Assembly: GCA_964526295.1 (NCBI GenBank)
Contig: CAZGKW010000012.1
Coordinates: 30,643-94,642, forward strand
DNA: 64,000 bases
Origin: an uncultured Anaerolineales bacterium
GTDB taxonomy: Bacteria; Planctomycetota; Phycisphaerae; FEN-1346
Reading direction: 5' to 3'
Shown: one piece after another, positions 39,242-48,005 of the stretch
Layout of the letters: each line of letters begins with the position of its first letter
Position numbering within the stretch: the stretch's first letter is position 1
Made by a program: the position numbers and the translations under genes
The notes under the pieces: model-generated
Told to the model about the DNA's origin: nothing
Database searches by the model: none
The model's input: only the letters and a program-made list of their open reading frames with translations

Positions 39242-42200
39242 TCACCAGGAGAAGTGGGCGCTGAGGCCCACCGAGTAATCGATGCCCTTGTGAAAGGAGG
39301 TCTTGGTCACGTCTTCTCCGATGAAGTCGGACCGGTAGACGGTCTCGATCTCCGGGTCGGTGAGGTTCTTGGCCTTGAACGACAGCGTGAGGTAGTCGCC
39401 GAGCTTCTGGGACACGCTGACGTTGAGCGTGCCGAACTCGGTCGCGTAGACGCTGGGCACGAAGCGCCCGCTGGCCTGCCCGGCCCCGGCGACCAGGGTG
39501 TCGCCGCGGACCGTGTAGAAGACCGCGAATCGCGTCCCGGTGGGCCCCAAGTCGTAGGTCATAAAGAGATTATAGATATACTCGGGAGCATTTGTCATGT
39601 CGCGGGTCAGCACGGGGACGCCCAGGAGCTCCTCGAGCTCGGCCGCCTCGTCCGGGGGCAGGATGACCTCCGAGTCGATGAACGTGGCGTTGGCCCCGAC
39701 CGTCAGGCCGTTGAGCTCGCGTACGAAGTGGCCCAGGTGCTGCCGGGCCTCGACCTCGACCCCCCTCAACCTGCCGCGGGTGAAGTTGCGGGGGGTCGTG
39801 TAGGTGAACAGGCTGGCCACCCGCTGGACGTTCTCGATGGGATCGACGACTCGCTTGTCGAAGTAAGAGACCGAGAACAGCCCCCCCGCGTAGGGCTCGT
39901 AGTCGAACCGCAGGTCGTAGTTCTCCAGGGCGCTCATCCGCAGGCCCGGGAACCCGATGAAGATGTCGCCCCCGAGAAACTCCTGCTGGAGGATCGGCGA
40001 GAGCTCCCGGAACGTCTGGCGGGCCACCGTCTCGGTGTACGAGCCCCGGAGCGTGATCTCCTTGAGCGGCGCGAAGACGAAGCCGATCGCGGGCAGCACG
40101 TCGCCCTGCTGAAACGCCACATCCGGCCCGTCCGGGAACAGGCCCGGGGTCAGCTTGATCCCGACGCTCGCCCCCGGCGGGAACCACGTCGCGTCCTCTT
40201 CGGCGGTGTTGACGATGGTCAGCTCGGTTTCCTCGTACCGGGCCCCGCCGATCACCTTCAGCATCGAGAACAGGGGGAAGTCCACCATCCAGTACCAGGC
40301 CGAGATGTGCTGGTCCCCCCGGTAGTCGACGTCCACGAAGGGGGGGCCGTCCTTGATGGTGGGGACGCCGCCCTGCTCCTCGAGCAGGTCCGGATAGGCG
40401 GCGCTGTAGGACGCCTCGAACGGGGCGTCCCGGAGGCGCGGGGCCTGCGGGTCGCCCGTGTCTCGCAGGTTGCTGAAGCTGTTCTGGTCGAACGTCCGGG
40501 CCACCTCGTCCTCGAACACGCCGAACCTGACGTATCCCTCGTCACCGGTCCACTGTCGGAAGGGGAACTTGACGTTGATGGCGTGCTGCTCGCTCTCTTC
40601 CTCGATTTCCTTCCAGATCCGCTGGATGTTGCCCAACCGGAAGTTGGCCCCCGGCTTGACCGGGAAGTGCTCCGACCTGGTGACGAACGGGGGAACGAAC
40701 GGCGGGAACCCCGGATTGAACGACGGGGCGACCCACCCGCCGCCGAACTGCCGCTTGTCCGGCTGAAACATGTCGGCCGTGCTTCGGGCGACGAACCAGT
40801 CCACCTCCGGGGACAGGGCCCTGAACACGTCCACCTTCCCCACCTCGGGGACGGGCAGCCTGTGGTGCCCGTGGAGCTGAAGCGTCTCGGTGGTCCGCTC
40901 GGTGTAGGCCAGCGTCTCGTTCCGGCGATAGGCCGCCAGGGCCTTGCTCTGGGTGGAGTTGCCCGGGTGGCTCGGATCGTCCGGGTCGTACACCGGGACG
41001 TCGCCGAACGCCGGAAAGAAGAACTCCTTGCCCCGGGTGTCTTCGGCAAGCGTCGCGACGTCCTCGGCGATACGGGTATAGAGATAGACGAGGTTGAGCG
41101 AGTGGTTCTCGGTCTCGACGCCGACGGCCCCGAGGGCCCCCCACTGGACCTCCTCCTTGGCCTGTGTGACGTCGTAGAGCTTCGTGAAGAGATCGCCCCG
41201 GGCGGGCGGGTTGTACGGGTCGTCCGGGTCCCAATCGCCCTGGACGGTTCCCTGGGTGGTCTGCGGCATCAGCCGCTGCTCGCCGGCCTGTTCCTGAAGC
41301 TGATACCGGTCGTCGATCCCGTCCTCGTAGTACGAGGCATCCCGCTTATAGAAGAGGCTGGTATAGCCGCCGACCGTCAGGCCGGTCTTGAAGGCCCGCC
41401 TCCCGCCGGCGGCAAACGACCAGTCATATTCCCGCGGCGCCTCGTCGAGGGAGGTGCCCAGGGCCCCGCCGAACTCGCCGGGCGCCGGTATCGGCACATC
41501 CTGCCGGGCCCACGTCGGCACCCCGCCGCCCCGGTACGTGAGGAACTCGTCCCCGGCATCCCTGACCTGGGTGTTGAAGCTGTAGCCCCCGCCGAACTTC
41601 AGGATGGTCTCGTCCGGAATGCCCTTCAGAACGATGTTGACGGCGCCGCCGGAGGCGTCGCCCTGCTGGTCCGGCGTGAAGGTCTTGCTGACCAGGAGGG
41701 CCTCGATCACCGCGGCCGGAAACTGGTCGAGCTGAACGGCCCGCTTCTCGGCGTCGGCGGTCGGCAGCCGACACCCGTTCATCTGCGAGTTCACGTACCG
41801 GTCCGGCAGGCCCCGGATCACCGCGAACTTGCCCTCCTGGACGCTGGCCCCCGCCACCAGCTGGACGGCGTCGGCCGCATCGCTGGCCCCGGCGTCTTTC
41901 ATCAGCTCGCTGCTGATCCCGGTGACGAACGCCGCTTCCCCGCGGCGAAGCTCGAGGACCTGGAGCTCCGTCCCGGCCTCGAACGAGATGTCCTGGACGA
42001 CGAACTCGTCCATCTCGGTGAAGTCGCCCCCCATCCAGGCGTTGGCCTCGACGATCTGCCCCGGCGGCACCACCACGTCGCCCCGGACCTGCCGGGTGAA
42101 GCCCGGCTTCGAGAAGATCAGCGTGTACGTGCCCGGCTCGACCTGAGGAAAGACGTAGTTGCCCTCCGGAGCGGTGGTGGCTTTCTGGCTGGTCTCGACG

Positions 42201-42346
42201 ATGGCAACCCGGACCTCCCCCAGTGGCGTGTTAAACGCCTTGTCGTACACCACGCCGCGCAGGGAGCCCGCCTGCTGGGCCGAAGCGGTCGCCGCCAGAC
42301 AGAGCAACGCCCCCAGAGCAGCCCATCCCGCCGATAGCCGTGTCAC
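39242..42346 (-). CDS. TonB-dependent outer-membrane receptor with an N-terminal carboxypeptidase-regulatory-like domain.
   Basis: Signal peptide VTRLSAGWAALGALLCLAATASA and a CarbopepD_reg-like domain (GSLRGVVYD..GNYVFPQVEPGTYTLIFSKPGF). Plug domain (..AVIRGLPDRYVNSQMNGCRLP..) and a ~800 aa barrel ending ..SAHFSW. The GTG start overlaps the upstream TGA. It is nested in a 1331-aa GC-artifact ORF. Confidence 0.8.
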   Translation of the reverse strand: MTRLSAGWAALGALLCLAATASAQQAGSLRGVVYDKAFNTPLGEVRVAIVETSQKATTAPEGNYVFPQVEPGTYTLIFSKPGFTRQVRGDVVVPPGQIVEANAWMGGDFTEMDEFVVQDISFEAGTELQVLELRRGEAAFVTGISSELMKDAGASDAADAVQLVAGASVQEGKFAVIRGLPDRYVNSQMNGCRLPTADAEKRAVQLDQFPAAVIEALLVSKTFTPDQQGDASGGAVNIVLKGIPDETILKFGGGYSFNTQVRDAGDEFLTYRGGGVPTWARQDVPIPAPGEFGGALGTSLDEAPREYDWSFAAGGRRAFKTGLTVGGYTSLFYKRDASYYEDGIDDRYQLQEQAGEQRLMPQTTQGTVQGDWDPDDPYNPPARGDLFTKLYDVTQAKEEVQWGALGAVGVETENHSLNLVYLYTRIAEDVATLAEDTRGKEFFFPAFGDVPVYDPDDPSHPGNSTQSKALAAYRRNETLAYTERTTETLQLHGHHRLPVPEVGKVDVFRALSPEVDWFVARSTADMFQPDKRQFGGGWVAPSFNPGFPPFVPPFVTRSEHFPVKPGANFRLGNIQRIWKEIEEESEQHAINVKFPFRQWTGDEGYVRFGVFEDEVARTFDQNSFSNLRDTGDPQAPRLRDAPFEASYSAAYPDLLEEQGGVPTIKDGPPFVDVDYRGDQHISAWYWMVDFPLFSMLKVIGGARYEETELTIVNTAEEDATWFPPGASVGIKLTPGLFPDGPDVAFQQGDVLPAIGFVFAPLKEITLRGSYTETVARQTFRELSPILQQEFLGGDIFIGFPGLRMSALENYDLRFDYEPYAGGLFSVSYFDKRVVDPIENVQRVASLFTYTTPRNFTRGRLRGVEVEARQHLGHFVRELNGLTVGANATFIDSEVILPPDEAAELEELLGVPVLTRDMTNAPEYIYNLFMTYDLGPTGTRFAVFYTVRGDTLVAGAGQASGRFVPSVYATEFGTLNVSVSQKLGDYLTLSFKAKNLTDPEIETVYRSDFIGEDVTKTSFHKGIDYSVGLSAHFSW

Positions 42347-43596
42347 CACGGTGGCCCCAATCCCTCGAGAATCTCGCGCAAACGGGTCTCGAACTCGGCG
42401 TCCGGCTCCACGCCGTCCAGCGCCATCGAACGGCAGGCGGCGGAGAGGTCCTCGGCCCGAGGCCGGGCATTGGGGTTCTCGGCCCCGACTTCCACGGCCT
42501 TCCGGTAGACCTCCAGCGCCCGTTCCGTGGCCCCCATCGCCCGGTACGCCTCCGCCACCGACAGGAGCACGCTTGCCCGGTCGGTCGTCAGGACCTTCTT
42601 CCGCTCCGGCTCGAACCTCGCGAGCGCGGCCCCCACGTCGGCGCGGGCCCGGTCTTCGTCGCCGGCCCGGAACCGAAGCCCCGCCACGCGGGCACGCACC
42701 GGGATGCCGTACTGAGGCGGCCAGGAGACGCTTTCCACCCGCTCCTCGGTCTCCTCCACCAGCGCCAGGGCATGGGGCCGGTCCTCGTGTGCCAGGGCCG
42801 CGCCCACCAACGCCTCGAAGACGTCCACCTGGACCTGGCCCGGCATGCGGACGAGGCCGGCCCGGACCTTCTCCTCCACCAGCGATCGGCGCTGCGGGTC
42901 GTCGTAGAAGCGGTCGTAGAGCTCGACGTATGCCGCCAGCGCATTCCGGATGACATCGAAGTGGCCGGATGCGATGGCCGCGTCCAGCCGTTCCACCTGC
43001 TGCTGGAAGGCCTCGTCGTCGGCCAGCATCGCCCGGATGCGATCGACCTTGCCCTGTTCGGCCGGGGGCGCGCCGGCCTCGAGCCGCCGGGCCTCCTCGT
43101 CCCGGCCGAGCCAGGCCTGCGTCTGGGCCATCTTGACCCGTATGCGGCCCTGGCGCCAGTCCTGCTCGTCCTCGGCGAGCTTGGCGGCCACCTCCAGGAA
43201 ACGGCCCGCCTCGTCGGTGTGCCCGTTGCGAGCGCAATAGAGCGCGAGGTCGGCATAGGCCAAGCCCCGGCGCCAGTTGACGATCTGCTTCGTGTAGTCG
43301 AGGGCCCGCTCGGGCTGCCCGAGTTCCAGACAGGCCCTCACGACCTCCTCCTGCTGCCGGGAACGGTCCTTGACGTGCGGCTGGACCGGGAGCGCCGTCG
43401 CCGCCTCAAACGCCAGGTCGAGCAGTTCCGTGCGGTACGGCTCGACCGGCTTGTCGGCCATCGGCTCGGAGGCCGGGGCGGTCTCGGACGGCACCGGCCC
43501 TTCCTGGCCGGGCCCGTCGGCGGACTGAGGGGCGCAGCCGCCCACCCAGAGCACACCGCCCACCAGCAGGAGAAACGTTCGCAGCGCAGTCTGCAT
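42343..43596 (-). CDS. Helical-repeat (TPR-like) lipoprotein.
   Basis: Lipobox LLLVGGVLWVGGC. Alpha-helical repeats. The stop overlaps the TBDR start. Confidence 0.5.
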   Translation of the reverse strand: MQTALRTFLLLVGGVLWVGGCAPQSADGPGQEGPVPSETAPASEPMADKPVEPYRTELLDLAFEAATALPVQPHVKDRSRQQEEVVRACLELGQPERALDYTKQIVNWRRGLAYADLALYCARNGHTDEAGRFLEVAAKLAEDEQDWRQGRIRVKMAQTQAWLGRDEEARRLEAGAPPAEQGKVDRIRAMLADDEAFQQQVERLDAAIASGHFDVIRNALAAYVELYDRFYDDPQRRSLVEEKVRAGLVRMPGQVQVDVFEALVGAALAHEDRPHALALVEETEERVESVSWPPQYGIPVRARVAGLRFRAGDEDRARADVGAALARFEPERKKVLTTDRASVLLSVAEAYRAMGATERALEVYRKAVEVGAENPNARPRAEDLSAACRSMALDGVEPDAEFETRLREILEGLGPPW

Positions 43597-43618
43597 CGTG
43601 TCTGGTTCTCCCCCGGTA

Positions 43619-43661
43619 GAAAGTCTGATGGCAGGACGACACGTCCTGCCATCAGACTTTC
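43619..43661 (-). promoter_or_regulatory. Perfect 20-bp stem / 3-nt loop hairpin in the leader of the lipoprotein–TBDR unit. Candidate terminator or attenuator, or an RNA stability element.
   Basis: GAAAGTCTGATGGCAGGACG-ACA-CGTCCTGCCATCAGACTTTC. No U-tract on either strand. Confidence 0.5.
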
Positions 43662-43685
43662 GTTGCCACTCTCCCGAACGACTGC

Positions 43686-45614
43686 CTACAGAGGAAGGAC
43701 CCGGTAGAGCTTCGTCCCGTCGAAGCCCGCGAGGTCCTGGATGCAGATCTCGCCGCCGGTGCCCTCGACCACCTTGAAGGGGGCCCAGTCCGTGCCGTCG
43801 TCCGAGACCTCAATCTGGTACCACGTGCCGTCCTCGGTGTCGAAGCAGACCACGGTGAACTTCAGCTCCAGCTCCTGGGGCGGGGCGGCCACAACGTCGC
43901 CGTCCGGAGCGCCGAAGAACCCGAAGGCGTCGGCCGCCGTCCAACCCCGGGCCCAGTTGTGGTCCGGGCTGAACGCCCCGCGGAAAGGCGTGTTCGTGAA
44001 GAACCCGCAGACCGGCTCGTCGTCGATGTTGAACGTTGCCGCGCTGACGGCGTCGTTGGCGGCCCGCGGGTCGATGGTGACGACCGGGAACATGATTTTC
44101 CCGCCGCGGGTCACGCCGGGGTCCCCGTCGCCGTCGGCGTCGCTGAAGTCGCGGGTCAGGGCCGCGATGGGCATGTTGTCGTCCGGGCTGCCCACGTTGA
44201 ACGAGGCGACCACGTTGTTCTTGGCCGGGTTGCTGCCGCCGCCCACCGTCACGCCGCGGGCGTCCGACTCGGTGTAGGCCCCGGCGGCCAGGTTGCGGAA
44301 GAACACGCTGTCGACGATCTCGGCGAGCTTGCCGGAGGTCTGGGCCGCGTAGATCGCCATCAGTTCGGGCTGGGTGAAGCCGGGACCGATGGGGGGGACC
44401 ATGTTCGCGTGACCGCCCGTCAGGACGTTGGCCGGGTTGTAGACCTCGCTCCAGTCGGTCGTCCAGGTGGCGGCCCACGACAGGGTGCCGTTATGGCCGT
44501 ACCCGTTGGCCCCGTCGCCGTCGATGTTGTCGAACTGGACCAGCCCGGCGCCCAGGTCCATCCAGATACACTTACGGTACTGGATGCGGCAGTTGTCGCG
44601 CCAAGCGGTCCCGCCGTCGCCGTCGCCGGGCTGGCCGACGACGGTGGCGTTATAGATGACGGCGGTCGTGCACGGCTGGAAATCGGAGTCCTCGGCCCCG
44701 TCATGCTCGAAGCAGTTGTCGCCGACACCGGAGCCCTGGCTGTCGTCGACGCTGTAGCCCTGGACGATGAAGATGAACTGGGCCTTGCCTCGCCAGCCCT
44801 GGTCCAGGTCGAAGGTGTCGTCGCCGATGTTCCAGATGGTGCAGTACTTCAGCTCGACCGTGCCGCCCCAGATCTCGATGCCGTCGTCGACGTTGTTCAT
44901 GACGTCGACGTGGTTGATCTCGGTCTCGCGGCCGACGCCGCCGAGCGAGAAGCCGTTCAGCTCGTCGTTGAGGCCGATGACCCGTCCGCCGTAGCGGAGC
45001 GACAGATACTGGATGGTGCCGCTGTTGTCATCGTCCATGTTACCGCCGTACCGCGTGTCGGGGTCGCCGACGAACCCGGGGACCAGGCCTTCCATGTCGG
45101 CCTCGTTGCCGGCGGCGGGATAGGGCACGTTGCCGGGGACGGCGTCCTCGGCGATGTAGCCCTTGCCCATGATGGCGATGCTGCCCCACTCGTTGGCGGC
45201 CTCACGCCAGGTGCCGGTCTTGGGGTCGCCGACGGTGTCGATGACGCCGGCGTTGACGACGCTGCCGGTCCACGTCGCGACGTCCTGGTTGGTGGTGAAG
45301 ATGACCGGCTCCTGGGCGGTGCCGAGGACGTAAAGGCGGCTGCCGCGGGTGATGGCGAGGCTGCCCGCCCCGCCGCCCGTCGCCGTGCTGGCCACGAGCG
45401 TGCCGGCCTCGATGGTCAGCGTGGCCCCGTTCTTCACGACGGTCGAGGCGGTCAGGTCGTAGACGTTGCGGACGCCTGCGGTCTCCTTGGTCCAGACCTC
45501 GGAGACGGTGATGTCACCCGACTTCGGGATGATGTTGACGGCCGCGCCGGCCGTCCCGGCCATGGCGAAACCGATCGCCAGAACCAGCAGAGCTGCTTTT
45601 CTGAAGGCTTTCAT
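43686..45614 (-). CDS. Large secreted protein of unknown function (beta-rich, Asp/Gly-rich; possible beta-helix).
   Basis: Signal peptide MKAFRKAALLVLAIGFAMAGTAGAA. No recognisable catalytic motif. It is the first gene upstream of the lipoprotein/TBDR/TonB block. Confidence 0.4.
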   Translation of the reverse strand: MKAFRKAALLVLAIGFAMAGTAGAAVNIIPKSGDITVSEVWTKETAGVRNVYDLTASTVVKNGATLTIEAGTLVASTATGGGAGSLAITRGSRLYVLGTAQEPVIFTTNQDVATWTGSVVNAGVIDTVGDPKTGTWREAANEWGSIAIMGKGYIAEDAVPGNVPYPAAGNEADMEGLVPGFVGDPDTRYGGNMDDDNSGTIQYLSLRYGGRVIGLNDELNGFSLGGVGRETEINHVDVMNNVDDGIEIWGGTVELKYCTIWNIGDDTFDLDQGWRGKAQFIFIVQGYSVDDSQGSGVGDNCFEHDGAEDSDFQPCTTAVIYNATVVGQPGDGDGGTAWRDNCRIQYRKCIWMDLGAGLVQFDNIDGDGANGYGHNGTLSWAATWTTDWSEVYNPANVLTGGHANMVPPIGPGFTQPELMAIYAAQTSGKLAEIVDSVFFRNLAAGAYTESDARGVTVGGGSNPAKNNVVASFNVGSPDDNMPIAALTRDFSDADGDGDPGVTRGGKIMFPVVTIDPRAANDAVSAATFNIDDEPVCGFFTNTPFRGAFSPDHNWARGWTAADAFGFFGAPDGDVVAAPPQELELKFTVVCFDTEDGTWYQIEVSDDGTDWAPFKVVEGTGGEICIQDLAGFDGTKLYRVLPL

Positions 45615-45672
45615 AGTCCCTCGTCCTTTCGTTGTTGTGCTGGGTCAAGTAACCCGTTCTGTGAGGGTCGCC

Positions 45673-46320
45673 TCAGGCGCCTGGTTGCCTGCGACGACGG
45701 GCGGCCAGCAGACCGCCACCAGCCAGCAGCAGCACGAGCGTAGCCGGCTCCGGGGCCGTCATGTGGATGGCGGAGAAGTTCCCCGCGGGAAACGGCTCGA
45801 CCCCGACGATGTCGAGCAGGCCTCTGGCCTGGTTGTCGCCGGGGGGAAGCCCCGGGTCCCAGGTGAGGCAGCCGAACGGCTGGTTCGGGCCCGGCTCGGT
45901 CGCGGCCAGGTCAAGGCCCGGGAACCAGTACAAGCTCACCGGCGTGTTGACCGGGATGCCGTCGAGCGGGAACTCGTACTGCCGGGAAATGAGCCAGGAA
46001 TCGTTCCCGCCTTCCTCGGTAGTTCCCGTGACCTCGTCCCACTCGATGACCGGCCCGGCGCCGAGGATCTGCCCGGCGATGATCATGTCGTCCAGATCGA
46101 GATTGAACGTGTCCGTGGGGCCCTTGTTGACCAGCCACTGGGCGCACCCGTCGCCGTCGAGGTCGAGCGTGGCGATCGTCAGGGTCGGCTGGGACAGCAG
46201 CACCCCGTTTTCGTCCTTGAGGCCGTTGGTGCTGGTGACCTGGATCGCGACGTTCGCGTGGGCCGTCGCACCGGCCAGCAGGACGACACCGACACAAGCT
46301 AATGCGATTTTCTTCATCAC
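45673..46320 (-). CDS. PEP-CTERM-anchored secreted protein (exosortase substrate).
   Basis: Signal peptide. C-terminal PEP-CTERM: ..MTAPEPATLVLLLAGGGLLAARRRRQPGA*. Confidence 0.75.
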   Translation of the reverse strand: MMKKIALACVGVVLLAGATAHANVAIQVTSTNGLKDENGVLLSQPTLTIATLDLDGDGCAQWLVNKGPTDTFNLDLDDMIIAGQILGAGPVIEWDEVTGTTEEGGNDSWLISRQYEFPLDGIPVNTPVSLYWFPGLDLAATEPGPNQPFGCLTWDPGLPPGDNQARGLLDIVGVEPFPAGNFSAIHMTAPEPATLVLLLAGGGLLAARRRRQPGA

Positions 46321-46338
46321 TTTATCCTCCCAAGTTCG

Positions 46339-47289
46339 TCAGTAAGGTTTGACGGCCGAAACCACACCTCCGGCGTCGCCGTTCTGCCGGAAGATGAAAC
46401 CGCCCGCCCCGTCGATGTCCGGCGGCGCCGGCGCCCACACGGTCCCAACCCAAGAGGCAATCTGCCCGACCTTGAACTGCCCGACGCCGCTGTTGTCGAA
46501 CACCACCACCTGGCGTCCGGGGACGGTGCCCAGACCGGTCAGCAGCACCGGCAGGTCAACCGGATACCCGGGGCCGATCAGGATGTCCTTGACCGCGCCG
46601 GCGGGAAGGACGCGCTTGACCTTGTAGTCCGGCGTCGTGCCGGCCAGGAACAGCGTCAACGTCTTCGTGGTGCTGCCGTTACGAAGAATGAACGCCGAAT
46701 CCGGCTCCAACGTCATGGTGTCGGCAATCCCGGCGCCGATGAACTGGTCGGCGGCCTGGATGTACGTGAAAATCTGGCCCAGCTTGAACTGCTGATTGGC
46801 CGCGTTGTTGAACAACAGGACCTGCGTGCCGTTCAGGTACGACGTGCCGAGCATGCTGGGCGGAAACACGTCGCGGACTTTGCGGTGCTTGTAGATCCGG
46901 AACGAGTCGCCGTTGCCCACCAGGGCGGCCAGGGCGGCGTTCCCAATGGTCAGATCGTTGTCCGTGTGGCCGATGATGGTGCTCCAGGCCCCTTCCGGAC
47001 CGGCCGAGCCGCCGCTGATGAAGCGGACGTAGAACGTCTGCTCGCCGCCGCGACCGTAATCCTTGCCGGCCAGGGCCCCGCCGGTCAGCGGCAGGGACGT
47101 GCCGGCCGGCGCCCCGTTGACCGTCAACGTCTCCTCGATCACCGGATTGAACGGGTAGGAAACCATGACGTCCGTCTGGGGCGGCGCCGTGATGACTTTC
47201 AACCCCGGCGGTACGGCCGCCAGGCCCGCCGACTGGATGGCCAGCACCAGCAGCACGACGGCCGCCGTTGCACTTGCCTTGCTCCTCAT
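46339..47289 (-). CDS. Secreted protein with an internally duplicated domain (unknown function).
   Basis: Signal peptide MRSKASATAAVVLLVLAIQSAGLAA. Internal repeat FNNAANQQFKLGQIFTYI / FDNSGVGQFKVGQIASWV. Confidence 0.45.
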   Translation of the reverse strand: MRSKASATAAVVLLVLAIQSAGLAAVPPGLKVITAPPQTDVMVSYPFNPVIEETLTVNGAPAGTSLPLTGGALAGKDYGRGGEQTFYVRFISGGSAGPEGAWSTIIGHTDNDLTIGNAALAALVGNGDSFRIYKHRKVRDVFPPSMLGTSYLNGTQVLLFNNAANQQFKLGQIFTYIQAADQFIGAGIADTMTLEPDSAFILRNGSTTKTLTLFLAGTTPDYKVKRVLPAGAVKDILIGPGYPVDLPVLLTGLGTVPGRQVVVFDNSGVGQFKVGQIASWVGTVWAPAPPDIDGAGGFIFRQNGDAGGVVSAVKPY

Positions 47290-48005
47290 ATCGTTGTCCT
47301 CCTCGGTCTTGCCACGTTGCGACTCTCTCTCAATCGGGCCCGCCTTCCCTCCGGGCGGACGAACCAACCGAAACCCTCTCGAGAAGCGAGAGCCTATTGT
47401 CCAACTGTGTGGATTTGGTTACTCGCTCGTTTTTGTTCTGTTAGCCCATTCGGCCTCCTTACTCCTCCGCCCGGACAAACCCCTTGTCCCGTCCTCACGT
47501 TGTCTGCGGCCCCCCCGCCGGGCGGGGCGGTGCAAGCCCTATCCAATCGCCGGCCAAGGGCCCGCAAGTGGATGGACGTGCGCCCCCGCACGCCCCCTCT
47601 GGAAGAACTTGGCTGGAAGCCCCCGGTTCTGCTTGCCGACCAGAACGTCCATGCACCGAGACCGGCCGGAAAGCGGAACCCCCCTCGCATCAGCAGTGTA
47701 GCCGACGACTGTGTGCGTCGCGTTAAGGGGGCGCTCCATTTCCGCTAGTCGCCGATTCCCCCCGAGACACGCTTGGCGCCACGGGCATCCGGCCGGCCAC
47801 GGAAAGCTGCAAGGCGAGCGGGTGCGGCCGGCGACCGATCGGGTGACGCCTGGTATCGGAATCGGGGCCGCACGAGGGCCCCCTCTCGCTCCGGCCCGGC
47901 CCGCGCCCACACCGCTTGACCCCCACAAGACAACCCGCTACGCTTCCTCAAAGGCGGCCCTCGGACCTCGCCGTGGCCGGGCCGCCCTCCACAGAAAGGC
48001 CACCG

